64,000 nucleotides of DNA, taken from NCBI RefSeq assembly GCF_964355755.1, contig NC_092676.1:23826871-23890870 (forward strand), in the 5' to 3' direction. Position 1 is the stretch's first letter; the number at the start of each line of letters is the position of its first letter. This stretch comes from Antedon mediterranea. Its lineage: Eukaryota > Animalia > Echinodermata. Positions 1 through 13,700 of the stretch are shown piece by piece. The position numbers were made by a program, and so were the translations under genes. The notes beneath the pieces were generated by a model. The model was not told the DNA's origin. It ran no database searches and was given only the letters and a program-made list of their open reading frames with translations.

Positions 1-61
1 TACATCCATTTTACAAAGTAGATACTTTTCGATTCCCGGTCTGATCAACAACCGTATAAAT

Positions 62-183
62 CAAGCACTGTGTTGGGTCTTGTATAAGGCTGTTGGTTTG
101 CGCCAAGATTCATCAGTTGATACAAGCACTGTGTTGGGTCTTGTATAAGGCTGTTGGTTTGCGCCAAGATTCATCAGTTGATA
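62..183. repeat. 61-bp tandem duplication
   Basis: caagcactgtgttgggtc.. at 62 and 123. Confidence 0.9.
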
Positions 184-343
184 AAAACATGACAAACCCA
201 ACAACCGATCAGCACGATACAACATGTATCACTTATTTGGAATCGCTTAGTTGTAATCGGTATGGAGGAACAAACCTGGCAGACATGGCAGAATTCCGAC
301 AAGCAAACAAAACAATCATGGTAAATGAAGAACGAAGTCATAC

Positions 344-3300
344 CTCGGTAGTTTGCATAAGAATTGCAAACGTTGTCAGGTGGTTACATTGACATACTAT
401 TGGTTTAGTCTGAAAATCTTCTGATATTGTTTCACAACCTTCTTTTGACCAAGTGCTTAAACAAACAAGCAATACTTTTACTACATTATTTGAAATTTGA
501 ATTAACGATACTCCTAAACTCACTAATTAATATTGTTGTTTCTGATTTAGTGTGACGCACGACACTTACATAGGGCTAACGGCTTCATCAATAAACGTAC
601 AGATTGGTTCCATATTTGTAAGTTCTGTTTCTTCACTTATCTAAACAAAAACAATATTGTTGATCAGCCACTGAGGATTTTAGTTGATGCGTCAAACCAA
701 GACAATAACAGGACAATGATTTCGCCTCCCCAAGATAGGAACTTGGATAGGCCTTTGATGTTATGTCTGGCTGCGACAAGTACCAAAAGTACTGTACACG
801 TTAAAGGGCGTGGAACTGATCGTGTCGCAGCCATAGATAAACTCTTTGATCTCCGGAGCATCATGTTATTAGATTGCCTTGGTCTAACTAATTAGGCCTG
901 TTTTCTGTCATTGCACATAGTATTGTTTAATTTACAATGATATTCTGATATTAACATATATAATATTGAAAAAATTGATATACATAAATTGTTCGTAGGC
1001 CTATTTACCTTTAGTGTGGGAAAAACAAGTTTCACATTTGCATTTCTTGTATCATTCCGTTCATTAACATAAATTGTTACAGATACAAGATCACTCACAA
1101 CTTCAGAATTGGTAAGATCACTACTAAATCTGAAAACAAATAATTGTAAAATACGGATATCGATTGTCAAATGACTGATAACAGTGATATTGGTGCGCAC
1201 GCATGTAAATAGATTGTTTTTTAAGGTGTTCATTTTTTTAAATAAATGGAGATGTTAAAATGTAGTACCTCTTATTTTCTACCCCATGCTTGCGCTAAAT
1301 TGAATACAAAGTATAAAGTTACGTTTCGTCTGATGGGGTGGGGGAGGGGAATGTGTCTATTTTGAAAAAATTGGAAATAACGGTAGATGTTACTATGAAC
1401 TACTTCTTCTCTTTAACCAATGACTATTTGGAATTATGAATAATTGGGTTGATTTTTATGTCGCCCTATAGCCAACCTTATAGAAAATACGGGCGCCACA
1501 TGTAATTTTATTTATTTAAAAAAATTTATTTAACAACATAATTATACAGGATTATACACAATCAAGTAGAAATATACTTGTTTTGCATTGTGGTCCTGTC
1601 GACAAAAACGGATACAAATTTAAGTACTTATACAATTACAATTAATAATAATAGCAACAAAAAATATAAACTGGAAGTTAAATGTTATGAAAAAAATCTG
1701 CTTTAAAGGACATAATCGTGGGTGAATGTTTTATGTTTTTATTGACAAATTTTAATGACAAACCAAACAATTAATTTACATCTCATTTTCATTTTATACA
1801 AACATAATTATAATTAACAAGAAAATGTAGATTATGCATTTTATGTACCATAATAAAAACATACTATGTGTATTGCAGAATCATCACTGTATTGCAGAAT
1901 CATCACTGTGTTGCAGAATCATCACTGTGTTGCAGAATCATCACTGTATTGCAGAATCACCACTGTATTGCAGAATCACCACTGTATTGCAGAATCACCA
2001 CTGTATTGCAGAATCATCACTGTGTTGCAGAATCACCACTGTATTGCAGAATCATCACTGTATTGCAGAATCATCACTGTGTTGCAGAATCACCACTGTA
2101 TTGCAGAATCATCACTGTATTGCAGAATCACCATTGTATTGCAGAATCATCACTGTATTGCAGAATCACCACTGTATTGCAGAATCATCACTGTATTGCA
2201 GAATCACCACTGTATTGCAGAATCACCGTTGTATTGCAGAATCATCACTGTATCGCAGAATCATCACTGTTGCAGAATCATCACTGTATCGCAGAATCAT
2301 CACTGTGTTGCAGAATCATTGCCTACGATACTTGACGTATAATGCCATGTGGGGATACCGTACAGAGAATCGGGTGAATACTTACGGTATTGACAAATTT
2401 ACATATAGCAACTTGGCTGCAATTATTCCAATTGTTTCTAAGTAAAAATAATAATAAATCCTGTATAAACTATTAACAACCTAGGTTGTTCTCTGGGTGA
2501 AGGACCGGAAAACGATTGGCCCACTATATTAAAACTCCAGTTTGGTTATTATATAATATTACATTAGGTTCGTTAGTTACTGAATTGAAAAATCGGCGAT
2601 ATAGGAACAATACAAACTAACTTACCATTCGTATCTTTTTTCGATTCGATTTCGAATGCAATTGCATTTGCTTCTCTTGTTATAGGAGTCAAATCAATCG
2701 TTGGACTTGATGACTTAATGAGTATACCCTCTAATGTATAAACATGTTTAAAGTCAACATAATAATGTATAAGCGTATTTAGGAATTTTTTTAAACAACA
2801 AACTTGAGATGTTACCTCATCAATTTTCCCTGCTCATACAGGAGTATGATGCTTTGTTTGGATCTATATAGCGCATTTTAAAAATATACAACAAAAACAA
2901 ACATTGTCGAACTGTACACCATACGTTCGATAGTCTCGAATCTATTCTTAAGCTCTTTAACTCAAACTTTATGTGACAAAAATGATGTGATGTGCCTATA
3001 ATTGTGTATCCCCATACTCCGGTTTGGGTGCTAGCTTGGTGTTTTTTATTTTTGTTCTCTTCCTTTTGGTTTCCACTCTTTCTCTTTATTGTCGAGCGCA
3101 TAGAGACATCGTTTATTTACGCTATATAAATCTATTATGATTATTATCATAATGGACATGATGACGTCGTATCACTACCATATTTGAGCACATCACACTT
3201 TTTTGTCAAACTAGTTTGATAGTGTAGACAGAGCTTTAAACGCAAAATGAAATTACCTGCTTTGTCATCCAACGTGAAATATTTATATTCACCGTCTGCA

Positions 3301-6258
3301 AGTAGAACCAATTCATAATATTGCTCTCCGGTGATGTTCTCAACTAGCTCAATGACGTCATTAGAAACACCGGTATCTGGTTCTTTAAGGAAAAAACAAT
3401 TTATTTTTATTTTTTAAATTTTATTTTATTCAATCGAAACCAACAGCGATAATTACCGCCACTAACAGGTTTGATACAAACAAAGCCAGGACTGTTTAAA
3501 GCACCTTGATTGATCCTTCTCTCGTCCAGTGCCCACCTTGAACAGAGGAAAGGCATAAGCCAATACGTCTGAGGCAGATACTAGATGCAGGGGCTGCCAT
3601 AAGAGTCAGCAGTGCTGATTTCAAATGCCTAACGGGACCCCAGCTCCATATACAGCACCAGATATTCCCAGATGGTCTCCCATCCAAGCTCTGACCAGGC
3701 CCAACGTTGCTTAACTTCGGTGATCTGACGAGGTACATTTTGTTTGTTTTATCTGGGTGACCTCTTCAGTCAAAGACTGATCTCCCAGAGGGCCCAGTTG
3801 GTGATCAGTGGCTGTGATGTACTACTACACCGGGGTAACCCCCTACATGTTAAGATCCCTTTACAATTTGACAGCAAAATCTAACACTTTTAAAACATAC
3901 AAAGTAATTTTTAAGACGACATTCAGACAGTCACGGGATTACTATAGATTCATCCATACGTTCAAAATCTTGTTATTCATCCATACGTTCAAAATCATGT
4001 TATTCATCCATACGTTGTGCAAACAGAACCTACCTTGTGAACGATCAGTAGAACATCTGACACTAGCAATTTCGGAGACCTCACAATTCCCAGGGTTGCC
4101 CACTCCATCATGAATACAATCACTAAGTGCAGCCTCTGAACCTAAGCATTTAAATTTCTTAATTATTGGAACTGCTTCTCCGTGATACGAGCCCGTGTAG
4201 ACTTCTACGGCAGACGCGTAACCTAGCTGTCGACAAGCAACGGTCCCATCATCAATGTCCCATGCATTATCACACACCGCTCCCCATGCTCCGTTCCCGT
4301 CTGATATCTCCACTCGACCTTCGTTGGGAGATGATCCATTCGCTAGACGAATATCTAAATTTTAATTTCTTTTGTTAATCAGTGTACTTAATGGGTAATC
4401 TTCAGGAACCTTTAACTTTCTTTCAATTTTCTTTGCGAATCAATCGGATATAAAACATAGCAAATAACAATTTTCATCCCTTAAATACAACTTGGCCTGT
4501 GACACGTTATTTTGAGTACAGTAGTCAGTATCACCCACCCGTCGTAGACGAGTACTTTACTGATTAGTATTTAGTTTAAATAGCCTACCTAATGTCGTAT
4601 TCATGCAAATTACTGAAACATGTCGAAGACGCGGTGTATAACAATCATCAGATACATTTCCAAATCTCCCAACACCGTTGGTACATTCTCTCAGAGCATT
4701 CTCATAGCCACTACAATCGACGTCATCTGTAACCATTCTGATACCACTATCTGTATCCAAGACATTGTATAGGTCTCGTTTGAAACAACATCGATAATTT
4801 AACATACGACATACGACCGTACATTCCTCAACGTCCCATCCATGTGAACAGATTCTACCATATGAACCATTAAAGAACAGCTCAACAAAGCCTTCGTGAG
4901 GTCCACTTCCGCCCACAAGAATGATTTCTATATAAGAAGAGTAAACAAAAAACCAAACTTATATACCTGTACTTACATACTACTTATTGATCAGAAATTG
5001 GATAGGACTGATGACGGTGATTCTCTCTTAAGCGTGGTTCTCACTGGAGACGCAACGCAAGAACGTACGCGCAACGCGAATTGACCAATGACAAGCCACT
5101 GTCCGAATAAGCCATCGTTTTTGATTGGTCAAATCACTTACGTTGCGTTACGTATGCGTTGTGTCGCTAGTGGGAACCAAGCTTTACGTTGCGTTACGGC
5201 CATGCGTTGCGTCGCTAGTGTGAACCAAGCTTTAAGCTTTGTAAATTTTATGCGTATTACCAAATATTACTAATATCGAATTTGATTTTGTCCGCCGACA
5301 TACGTGTGTGCAAGTAGAATTTTTAACATTTAAACGGTATATACACGACAACGGTGATCTATGCTGATATATAATTGAAGCAATGTTTTATTGTATAAGT
5401 GCCATATATTTAGAAATAAGTAAAAAACTAATAAAACAACTGTAAACATAATGAAATTACCTTCTGGCTCAGCGCTTACTGACGTGAATCCAATTATGTA
5501 TACTGTACAAACAACAATAAAAATAGTAACGCAGGACCCGTTCGGGCATAGCTATTTACCCGGGTAAGTTGATTTCATGAACATAGTTATCGCTGACATC
5601 GGTAGTGGTGGAACCCAACTTACTCGGGTAGATAGCTAAGACTTAACGGGCCCATAGACTATTTCTCCTTAATTTTCTTTTTTAGTAAATGTTCAACAAA
5701 ACCTATAATTAATATTAAATAACTCTTCTCTGATAACGACTCTAATACATTAAAGTTTCTCTTTCCGTTCGGGCATAGCTATTTACCCGGGTAAGTTGAT
5801 TTCATGGACATAGTTATCGCTGACATTGGTAGTGGTGGAACCCAACTTACTCGGGTAGATAACTAAGCCTCAACGGGCCTACACTATGTTTCTCCTTAAA
5901 TTGCTTTCTTGTTCGTCATAAACATCTACAATTAATATTCAATAACTCTTCGCCTGATAAATACGGAATTCAAAGATTTAAAAATGTTACTGATGAAGTT
6001 TATCAAATTGTAATGACATTTGGAATTAACTAAAATGTGATAAATAATATGATTTTATGTAATGACATGAAAGATAATGATTGTGAATAAAAATGGTGTT
6101 TACACCACAAAAGAGAAAAAATTTCGCCTGATAAGTTTATCTTTGAGTTACATTTATCATCAACACTAGATCAAAATAATTATTTATTTGATTGTTTTAC
6201 CTGAATTAAACGTTGTAAAGACAAAAATTATCTTGAACCAAATCACAAGACAATACAT
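344..6258 (-). CDS. Adhesion GPCR with two N-terminal SRCR domains, copy A (5' part; 7TM exons lie beyond the left window edge)
   Basis: Phase-consistent GT-AG exons: 6258-6201 ([19 protein letters not shown], signal peptide), 5502-5461, 4927-4589 (SRCR1), 4354-4034 (SRCR2, [24 protein letters not shown]), 3376-3257, 2730-2626, 2437-2386, 1129-1009, 640-570, 455-344 (GPS, WSKEGC..CQCNHL|TTFAILM). Collinear with copies B and C. Confidence 0.88.
1866..2320. repeat. 19-bp minisatellite (gcagaatcatcactgtatt)n, ~24 copies, intronic
   Basis: Unit starts at 1875, 1894, 1913 and so on; lies between exons 2437-2386 and 1129-1009 of copy A. Confidence 0.95.
3418..3732 (-). mobile_element. 5S rRNA-derived SINE (SINE3-like), 5'-truncated
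   Basis: 3651-3732 reverse complement (ctcgtcagatcaccgaagttaagcaacgttgggcctggtcagagcttggatgggagaccatctgggaatatctggtgctgta) matches the 3' two-thirds of 5S rRNA including boxes A and C. It is followed by a ~230-bp unrelated body and an aataaaataaaa tail. Confidence 0.75.
3738..3846 (-). mobile_element. 3' fragment of a Deu/Nin-domain SINE
   Basis: Shares tacaccggggtaaccccctac with the 46.7-kb copy; (aaac)n tail. Confidence 0.55.
4034..4354 (-). CDS. SRCR domain 2 exon (6 Cys, group A pattern), aGPCR copy A
   Basis: 321-nt phase 1-1 exon, [40 protein letters not shown]. Confidence 0.92.
4589..4927 (-). CDS. SRCR domain 1 exon, aGPCR copy A
   Basis: 339-nt phase 1-1 exon, [34 protein letters not shown]. 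Confidence 0.9.
5537..5950. repeat. ~228-bp tandem duplication, each unit starting with a ~115-bp hairpin (MITE-like) element
   Basis: ccgttcgggcatagctatttacccgggtaagttg ... caacttactcgggtagatagctaag..aacggg at ~5538 and ~5765. Confidence 0.8.
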
Positions 6259-7780
6259 ACTATTGAAGAAGAAAAAAATACAAATGTATAAAAGACAATG
6301 TTTTCACTAAAAATACAAAACGGTAATATTCAACCAGTCAATTTTACTATTTTTTGCTTTTATTACATGATTATTTTTCAGGTAAATAATTTGTTTTTCG
6401 ATTAAATTGTTTGTCAAAGTGATTAACTATTATGTAACATTAAAATGGCATATTCAACAAAAACATTTAATTTTTTTATGGGAACAATAACTTTAAAATT
6501 CAGATCATAATCGAATTTAAACTTGCTTTGGTATCTAATGTTTCAATTTAATTTTAAAAAAGTATTTAAGTTAATCTCTTTTGAGGAAGAGATTAAAAAA
6601 TATGCCTACGTTATTCTGCATTGAAAGAGAACTGAAACCCAATGCATCAAACAAATACAAGTTAAAATACCTTGATAATATGTCGACTTGTGAATTAACC
6701 AGATCGTCACCTCGCGCTCCCTCTAATGACTGGAGTGAACTTTTTTTTTTACAATTTATAAGCCACCGTCAATTTCTTAATGAAATTATCAAAAATGTAT
6801 TGTATTTCACTCAAAATAACAAGAATTACTTATTAGCCAAACTCTCTAACAAGATATTGTTATATCTATATTTTATTATACCCAATACAGTTTCTCGAAC
6901 CCGACGCAATTATTACATTATTAAGGAGATTATTTAATAATGATATTGCAATATCTATTCCTTATTAATCAAATTTTTTAATTCCTTTTCAAAATTAAAG
7001 ATTATAATTAAAATAGTCGATTTATATACAATGTTGTGCTTGGTGTTCTCACCAGAAAAGCAACACAATGACGTAACTCAACGTAAGTGATTTAACCAAT
7101 CACAAGCGATGGATTATTCGAACTCCTTTTAATTGGTCAATTCGCTTGCGTTGCCTCTACGTCATTGCGTTGCGTCTCTAGTGGAAACCAAGCTTAAATT
7201 GTTATACGTTTAATAGAGTATTGTTTTGATGTACACTTGTGTGCTACATTCATTTAATTTCCCATCATGCAGCGGGAAACGGAAACTACAACATTATTCT
7301 TTCCCAGAATCACAATTAATCATGTTGATAGCACTTTCTCATTAAAAAAAAAATGAAAGTGGTATGGTAAAAATAATGCACGCCAGTTAGAAATGCAGTT
7401 ATGTTTCTCATACATTCTTTTCTAAATTGAAAAAAAGGGTTACATGCAATACCGTATACAATCGATTTCGTAATATTATCTAATAACTACAACTAATACG
7501 ATAACTATCAACTTATTGATCTTATTCACACGATTTAAGTATCCAATCGGATTAGTGGAGAAAATGAAGAATCCACGTCACCCCATCGTCATATGCATGT
7601 AATTATTTTGAGGTGGCTTTTATTATTTATCTAATATTACCGCCATACACTACTATTACAAATTATACCATCAGTCTACTAAGTAAAATGGTCGAAAAGA
7701 CTTTTATATTCAAAATCTCTCTATGATCTCCTCTAAAGGAAAAGGCTTCGCCTTTCTAAGTCATTTCAATTAATATTCTG

Positions 7781-10700
7781 CTATTCAGAAGAGGTATCAA
7801 CGCTGCTTGACATGTGTTGCCTTTTGAATTTCTTCCATGCCAATTTAACCTAAAAAAGTATACAGAAATAAATGCTGTAATTAGCATAAATATTGGTTTA
7901 TGGTCACCTGGGCGTAAAGAACTAGAATGTTTGGACGTGGCGAAGATCGGTAACTAACAGTATTCATATGCATTTGTGCGTCTAACTACCTCACTGCCTT
8001 CAATTCACACATGCTAGCTAATGTTTTTCTTATGTGACCAAGCACAAAGTGTAGAAAAGAAAAATGTTATATTACAATATTCTAATTATTCCAGTTGATT
8101 TTTCAATACGAGACGCCGCGTGAACAGTTATGTCTTAGCTTTAACTTTTCTCACCTCTTTGCTAAGAAAACACTGTGTAAACCAGATGAAAAAGCCTTGA
8201 AATGACGAAGAAAAAACAAACAGGTATTGCAAAACAATGCTGTTGTTAAAAAGTTGAAAAATACCGAAGATCCAGGTTAACCCAACTGCTGGTGTCAGAA
8301 GAAGAATTCTATATAGCAGCGTTCTAAAATGTAAATAAAAATTTATGAGATTGTAACATCCCGTTATTCAAAATCTCTCTGCTTGCAAAGTGTAGCTATT
8401 CAAGGGAAAGTGAGACGTGTGTTCCTTGGTTCAATAATAGTCATACTTGCAATGATACAGTCAGCTTGCTCAAATAATTTCATCTAGAACTAGCCTATGC
8501 ATCACATCAACTATTAAAATTGTCTAAACAGGCCGAGTGCGCACCAGTGCGAATCATCGACGATGACGGTACTATGAGGTTTTTCTCAGAGAAACTTAAT
8601 CGAACATTTTTCTCTTACAGCGTGCCTTCAATTTCTATTACAATAACTTTTCTTGGATTGCTTACTTTGAGGGAAGAGTATTACAAATTTATTATTTATT
8701 TTTTATTTATTTATTTAAAAACATCTGCTTACACAATCATGTAAAAGAAACGGACGGTGTTGCTGTCTTAAATACACAAAAAGTGAGGAAAAAAATAATT
8801 AGTTTTGTGGAAAAAAAACAGATCGATATCTAGCTTTCAATGAATTGTCAGGGAATATTTAATTTCAGTTGGTAAGTTATTCCATATTTTAGCGCCTGAA
8901 ACATTGACCGACGAGTCCATCTTACCTTATCTGCTGCAGTTTACTTCTCTCATCATCGTTCTGAATACTTTGTGATTTAGTGTACGCAACATAACCTACA
9001 ACACTCAGTTGAACGGTTACAATCTGAAAGTCAAGTTAACTCAAGTGTTAATGCAAAGAATATGGTTAGAATATAGGAATGTTCCCGCAACTAAAAGTCT
9101 CTCTCCAATTTATAGCAGAAATTTCTGGCCTCAATGAACTTACAGCTGTATCTGTAATGCACATAAAAAGTTTAAATACCACAAACCCATGTAAAAGAGA
9201 CATATAATTTAATTCAGAAATGTATACAAGTTATATAATTTATACTATATATTCAGTTAATTGCTATCTATTCTCATTATAAATAAAATTCTTTTCAACA
9301 ATTATAATAAAATAATATTTACCAATATTGTGAAAATAACGGGACATATGAATGTCCACGTCACGCCATTGCTAGTGTTTAGCCAACAACTTAAAACAAA
9401 ACAAAAAGGGAAAATAGTTTCATTACACCTGTCACTAAAAATAAACATATATTTATTTTATCTATCTTAAATTATTCGGAACGAATTTGTAAATGTATGT
9501 GTGGTTGATCGATCTGTTGGCTGGAACAGCAACCCATAGCCTTATGGCAAGGGTTCGAGGCTCACTCATCGCTCCATGGTGGTACAACGTGTCTTTAAAT
9601 GACCTAGTACATCTTTCGATACAACAATCTACTGTACTAGCTCAAACATCATGTCGCGGACAGACGAACACCGTTGATATGGCCGCACCGAAATGGGTGA
9701 AACATAATAGTTGACAGCGTATTGAGACGACATGGTTTGTAAATAAATACATTACATTAACATTAATTATGTAGGTCTAACATATAGATTATGGGGTACG
9801 TTACTTGAAGCTCTAATTTGTAAATTAAAACTTTGGTGATAAAAAGTATTTTCTTATTTCGTGCGATCCCATCCAACATGATTCCAGACACATTAACAGG
9901 ACAGGCTTATGCTTGATTCCCATTAGAACGTAACGCTAGAACGTAACGCAAGGACGTAAACGCTACGCAAGCGTGTTAACCAATGACAAGCGACAGTTCG
10001 AATAATCCATCGTTTGTGATTGGTCAATTCACTTACGTTGCGTTACGTCCTTGTGTTGCGTCTCCAGGGTGGAGTGTTTAATACCTTTCAGATGCGTAGT
10101 GTTTGCCGCTAATAGAAGCGGTAATTATAACCAACAGCAGAGGAAATGCCCATCCGAATATTCTGAAAAATACAAATCTTCTTTCTGGATCCCAAAACGC
10201 ATGTTGAATGCACAGGTACATATCTGTAGACAAAATTGCCATCCACGAAAACGCCACTAACAGAGAGTAATGCAGGCAGGCTGCGATGATAAAACAGACG
10301 ACCTGCGATAAACAATCAATATCTTCAATTCATTGATTTGATTTTGTTATAGTTGTACTATGATATCAAGTTAGTTACTATTCATTAAACAAAATAAATA
10401 TAATATATTGGTTTCATCGTAAAGAAAATTCATTTATGAGGTAGGGGCGTTACTCTTTAAATTCACAGCGACCCATATAGGTCTACCCCATCTCCTCCTT
10501 CCTCCAAATCATTTCTTCCATTTATTTACAGAAAAATTGAAGTGGACATTACAAAAAATAGTGAGTGGAACTGTATGTAATTTAATGAGTAAATTATAGT
10601 GTTATATTATCGACAAATCAAGAACGAGTTTGCAAGAACCATTTTACCCCAAAAAATATAGTATTTTAACATTTTGCTAAGCAAATTAAACTCACCTTGT

Positions 10701-13700
10701 TTGTTATGTTAAATGACAGAAACGAAAAACAAAAGTTTGTAGAGAGCAAGGCGATAACCAAATGCCTTAACATCCTATACCGTCTGGATTTCCTAAGGTC
10801 ACTAAAAAAACAAAGTAAATTTCAAAAGCTTTCAGAAATATCTGTTTCGCTGAAGATATTTCAAATTTGAAATTAATGTGTATAACATGTTAATATTAAA
10901 CGGTTTTTTTTTTCAAACCTGAGCAAGCATATGATACACATGGTAAATATAAGAAACCCATTGGATATTGTCAACCCTGCATACGATAGCACTTCCATTC
11001 CAACGGCAGCATCTTCATCTGTATTTGAAACATCCTGAAATGATATCAGCAATTTACGTCACATTTCAGTTTTAAGGTAAAATGCCACGCATACATTTTA
11101 CAAAATTTGTAATTTTGTTTGCCCGATATCCTTATCTGATCAACAACCGTACAACCCAAGCATTATTTTTCTTTTAGTATTAAAATATATTAATTTCATA
11201 ATATCATAACATATACAGTACATCTCCTTAAATGCATAACTTTCTTAACACAATTCATATTTTGAAATATTCATTTCTTAAAATAATCGTATTTTTAGCA
11301 TATTATTGTGTTAAGTTTTGTATATAAAGACTGTCGGGTTGCACCAAGGTATACTACATCCGTTGATAAAAACATGATAGATTCTTGTAACCGATACAGA
11401 ATTCTGATTTATCTCGGAATCACTAGTTGTGATCGGCTTTGTCGGCAGTGGAATCAACCAAAGAAAACAACATGAAAACAATCACGTTAAAAAGAACGAA
11501 GTCATACCTCTGACGTTTGCATAAGAATTGCAAACGTTGTCAGGTGGTTACATTGACAAGTTATTGGTGAAGTCTGAAAATCTTCTGATATAGTTTCGCA
11601 GCCTTCTTTAGACCATGTGCTTAAACAAATAAATTTGATAATGTTGATGCATAAAAACTCGCAACACAATATAAACTCTCATTTATAATAATAATTTTCT
11701 ATACTTAATATTTTGTTTCGATTTGTCGCTGTGAAACTCTCTCATATAGATGTCCCCTCCCCCACCCCAACACAAAGCAAACACTTACACAGGGTTTACG
11801 GTTTCATCAACAAAAGCACAGATTGGTTCCATGTTTGCAAGTTCTGTATTTTCAGATATCTAAACAAAACACAATATTGATCAGTGTCATTTTGTCATTA
11901 TTATTTTCAAAACTAATTATACAATTTGTAACATTTTAGTATTACATAGTATTATTTAATTTCTATGCCCTATTTATTGTTATTCGATTAATTTTTGTGT
12001 TAATTGATAAAAATAAAAATGTTTATTTACCTTTAATGTGGGGAAAACAAGTTTCACATTCGCACTTCGTGTATCATCTCGTCCATTAACATAAACTGTT
12101 ACAGATACAAGATCACTCGCAACTTCAGAATTTGTAAGATCGCTACTAAATCTGAAGAAATGAAAATAAATTGTTTGATAATTAAAGATTGAGTAAGTGT
12201 GCTAAATGGGTCATAACAACACACAATATTTGCTATATTTTTTCTGATTACTGCATGTATACACGGTTCTGGTTTTGTTTTAAATACATTTTTAAAATAA
12301 TATTATGGGGAGATATAGGCCTAAGGATCGAGTGAATACTTACGGTATTGACACATTCACAGATATTAATTTGGCTGCGATTATTCCAATTGATTCTATT
12401 TAAGAAATGAACTACAATTAGTGGACACAAATTATTAAAATCTTCCAAAATATAAAATCTTCTAAATCCTGTAAACCTAACAGCTTTCCTTAAGTAGTAT
12501 ACGTATGGAAAGCCATATGTGCCAAAATAATTTACGTCCTTGCGTTACGTTCTAGTGGGAACCACGCTTTAAGAAACAGTAACTTACCATTTGTGTTTGC
12601 GTCTGATTCGAGTGCAAATTCGATTGCATTTGGTCCCTTTGTTATAGGAGTTAATTCAATTGTTGGACTTGATGACTTAATGAGTACAACATCTAATGTA
12701 TAAACATAATTAAACTTAGATAATCTAACAACAGGATGCTGAGATCAAAGGGTTTATCTATGGCTGCGACACGATCAGTGACACGATCAGTTCCACGCTC
12801 CTTGACAGACACACGTATTTGTCACAGCCAGACATAAGATCAAAAGAGTTCCTATCTTGGCAAGGCGAGCTCAGTGTCCTGTTGTTAGATTGCCTTGATT
12901 ACACTCAGTATATGTAAGATACAAGATACAAGTCAACTTTATTACATCACCATCAATACGCTTCACATCGTTGTCAGCCCTATAGGGCTACTATTTTGTG
13001 CCATTTATTCCTGTCGTGGGCCTCGTGTTTCCCAAATGGGCCAGTGTAAATTAGTGCTGCTAATCATTCCGCAGTCATTCAACTTTATTGTCAAAATACA
13101 ATTTTGAGATGTGTTCTGTATCCGAGTAGAATCATTTAATAATACGGATATATCCGATATTTATAGTTCGAGCGCATTTACCGTTTTTATTCTGATATGT
13201 GAAACATACAACTGACAGGACATAGAATTTCGATAGTCTAGTATCGAATATTTTTGATAAAGACATTTAATTATTACCTGCTTTGTCATCTATCGTAAAA
13301 TATTTCAATTCTCCGTCTGCTAGTTGATACAACTCAGAATAGAGCACAGAGGTGATGTTATCAACCAGGGCAATGACGTCATTTGAAATGTCGGTATCTG
13401 GTCATTTAAGGGAAGTAAATGCTAAAATCTAGCTGGCAATTGTTATAAAGTTATTATATACAAGGGGATGAAAGTAAACACAAATTGGCACTTTATTACA
13501 GAATACACTATTATTTTAACCACTTTGACAGAAAGCAGTCTTATTTTACCAAACATTCGTTCCTTATTGTCCTACTATTGTATTAAGCTATGTCTACACT
13601 ATCAAACTAGTTTCACAAAAAAGTGTGATGTCCCCAAATATGGTAGTGATATGCCTAAATATGATAGTGATAATGACATCATCATATCCATATATGGGTA

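Noticed and set aside
1834-2445. 203/158/155-aa Cys/His-rich ORFs as a metal-binding protein
   Set aside because: They arise from a stop-free 19-bp repeat read in three frames inside an intron of the opposite-strand gene.
3651-3732. Functional 5S rRNA gene
   Set aside because: Lacks the 5' ~35 nt, has several substitutions and no T-run terminator, and continues into a SINE-like body.
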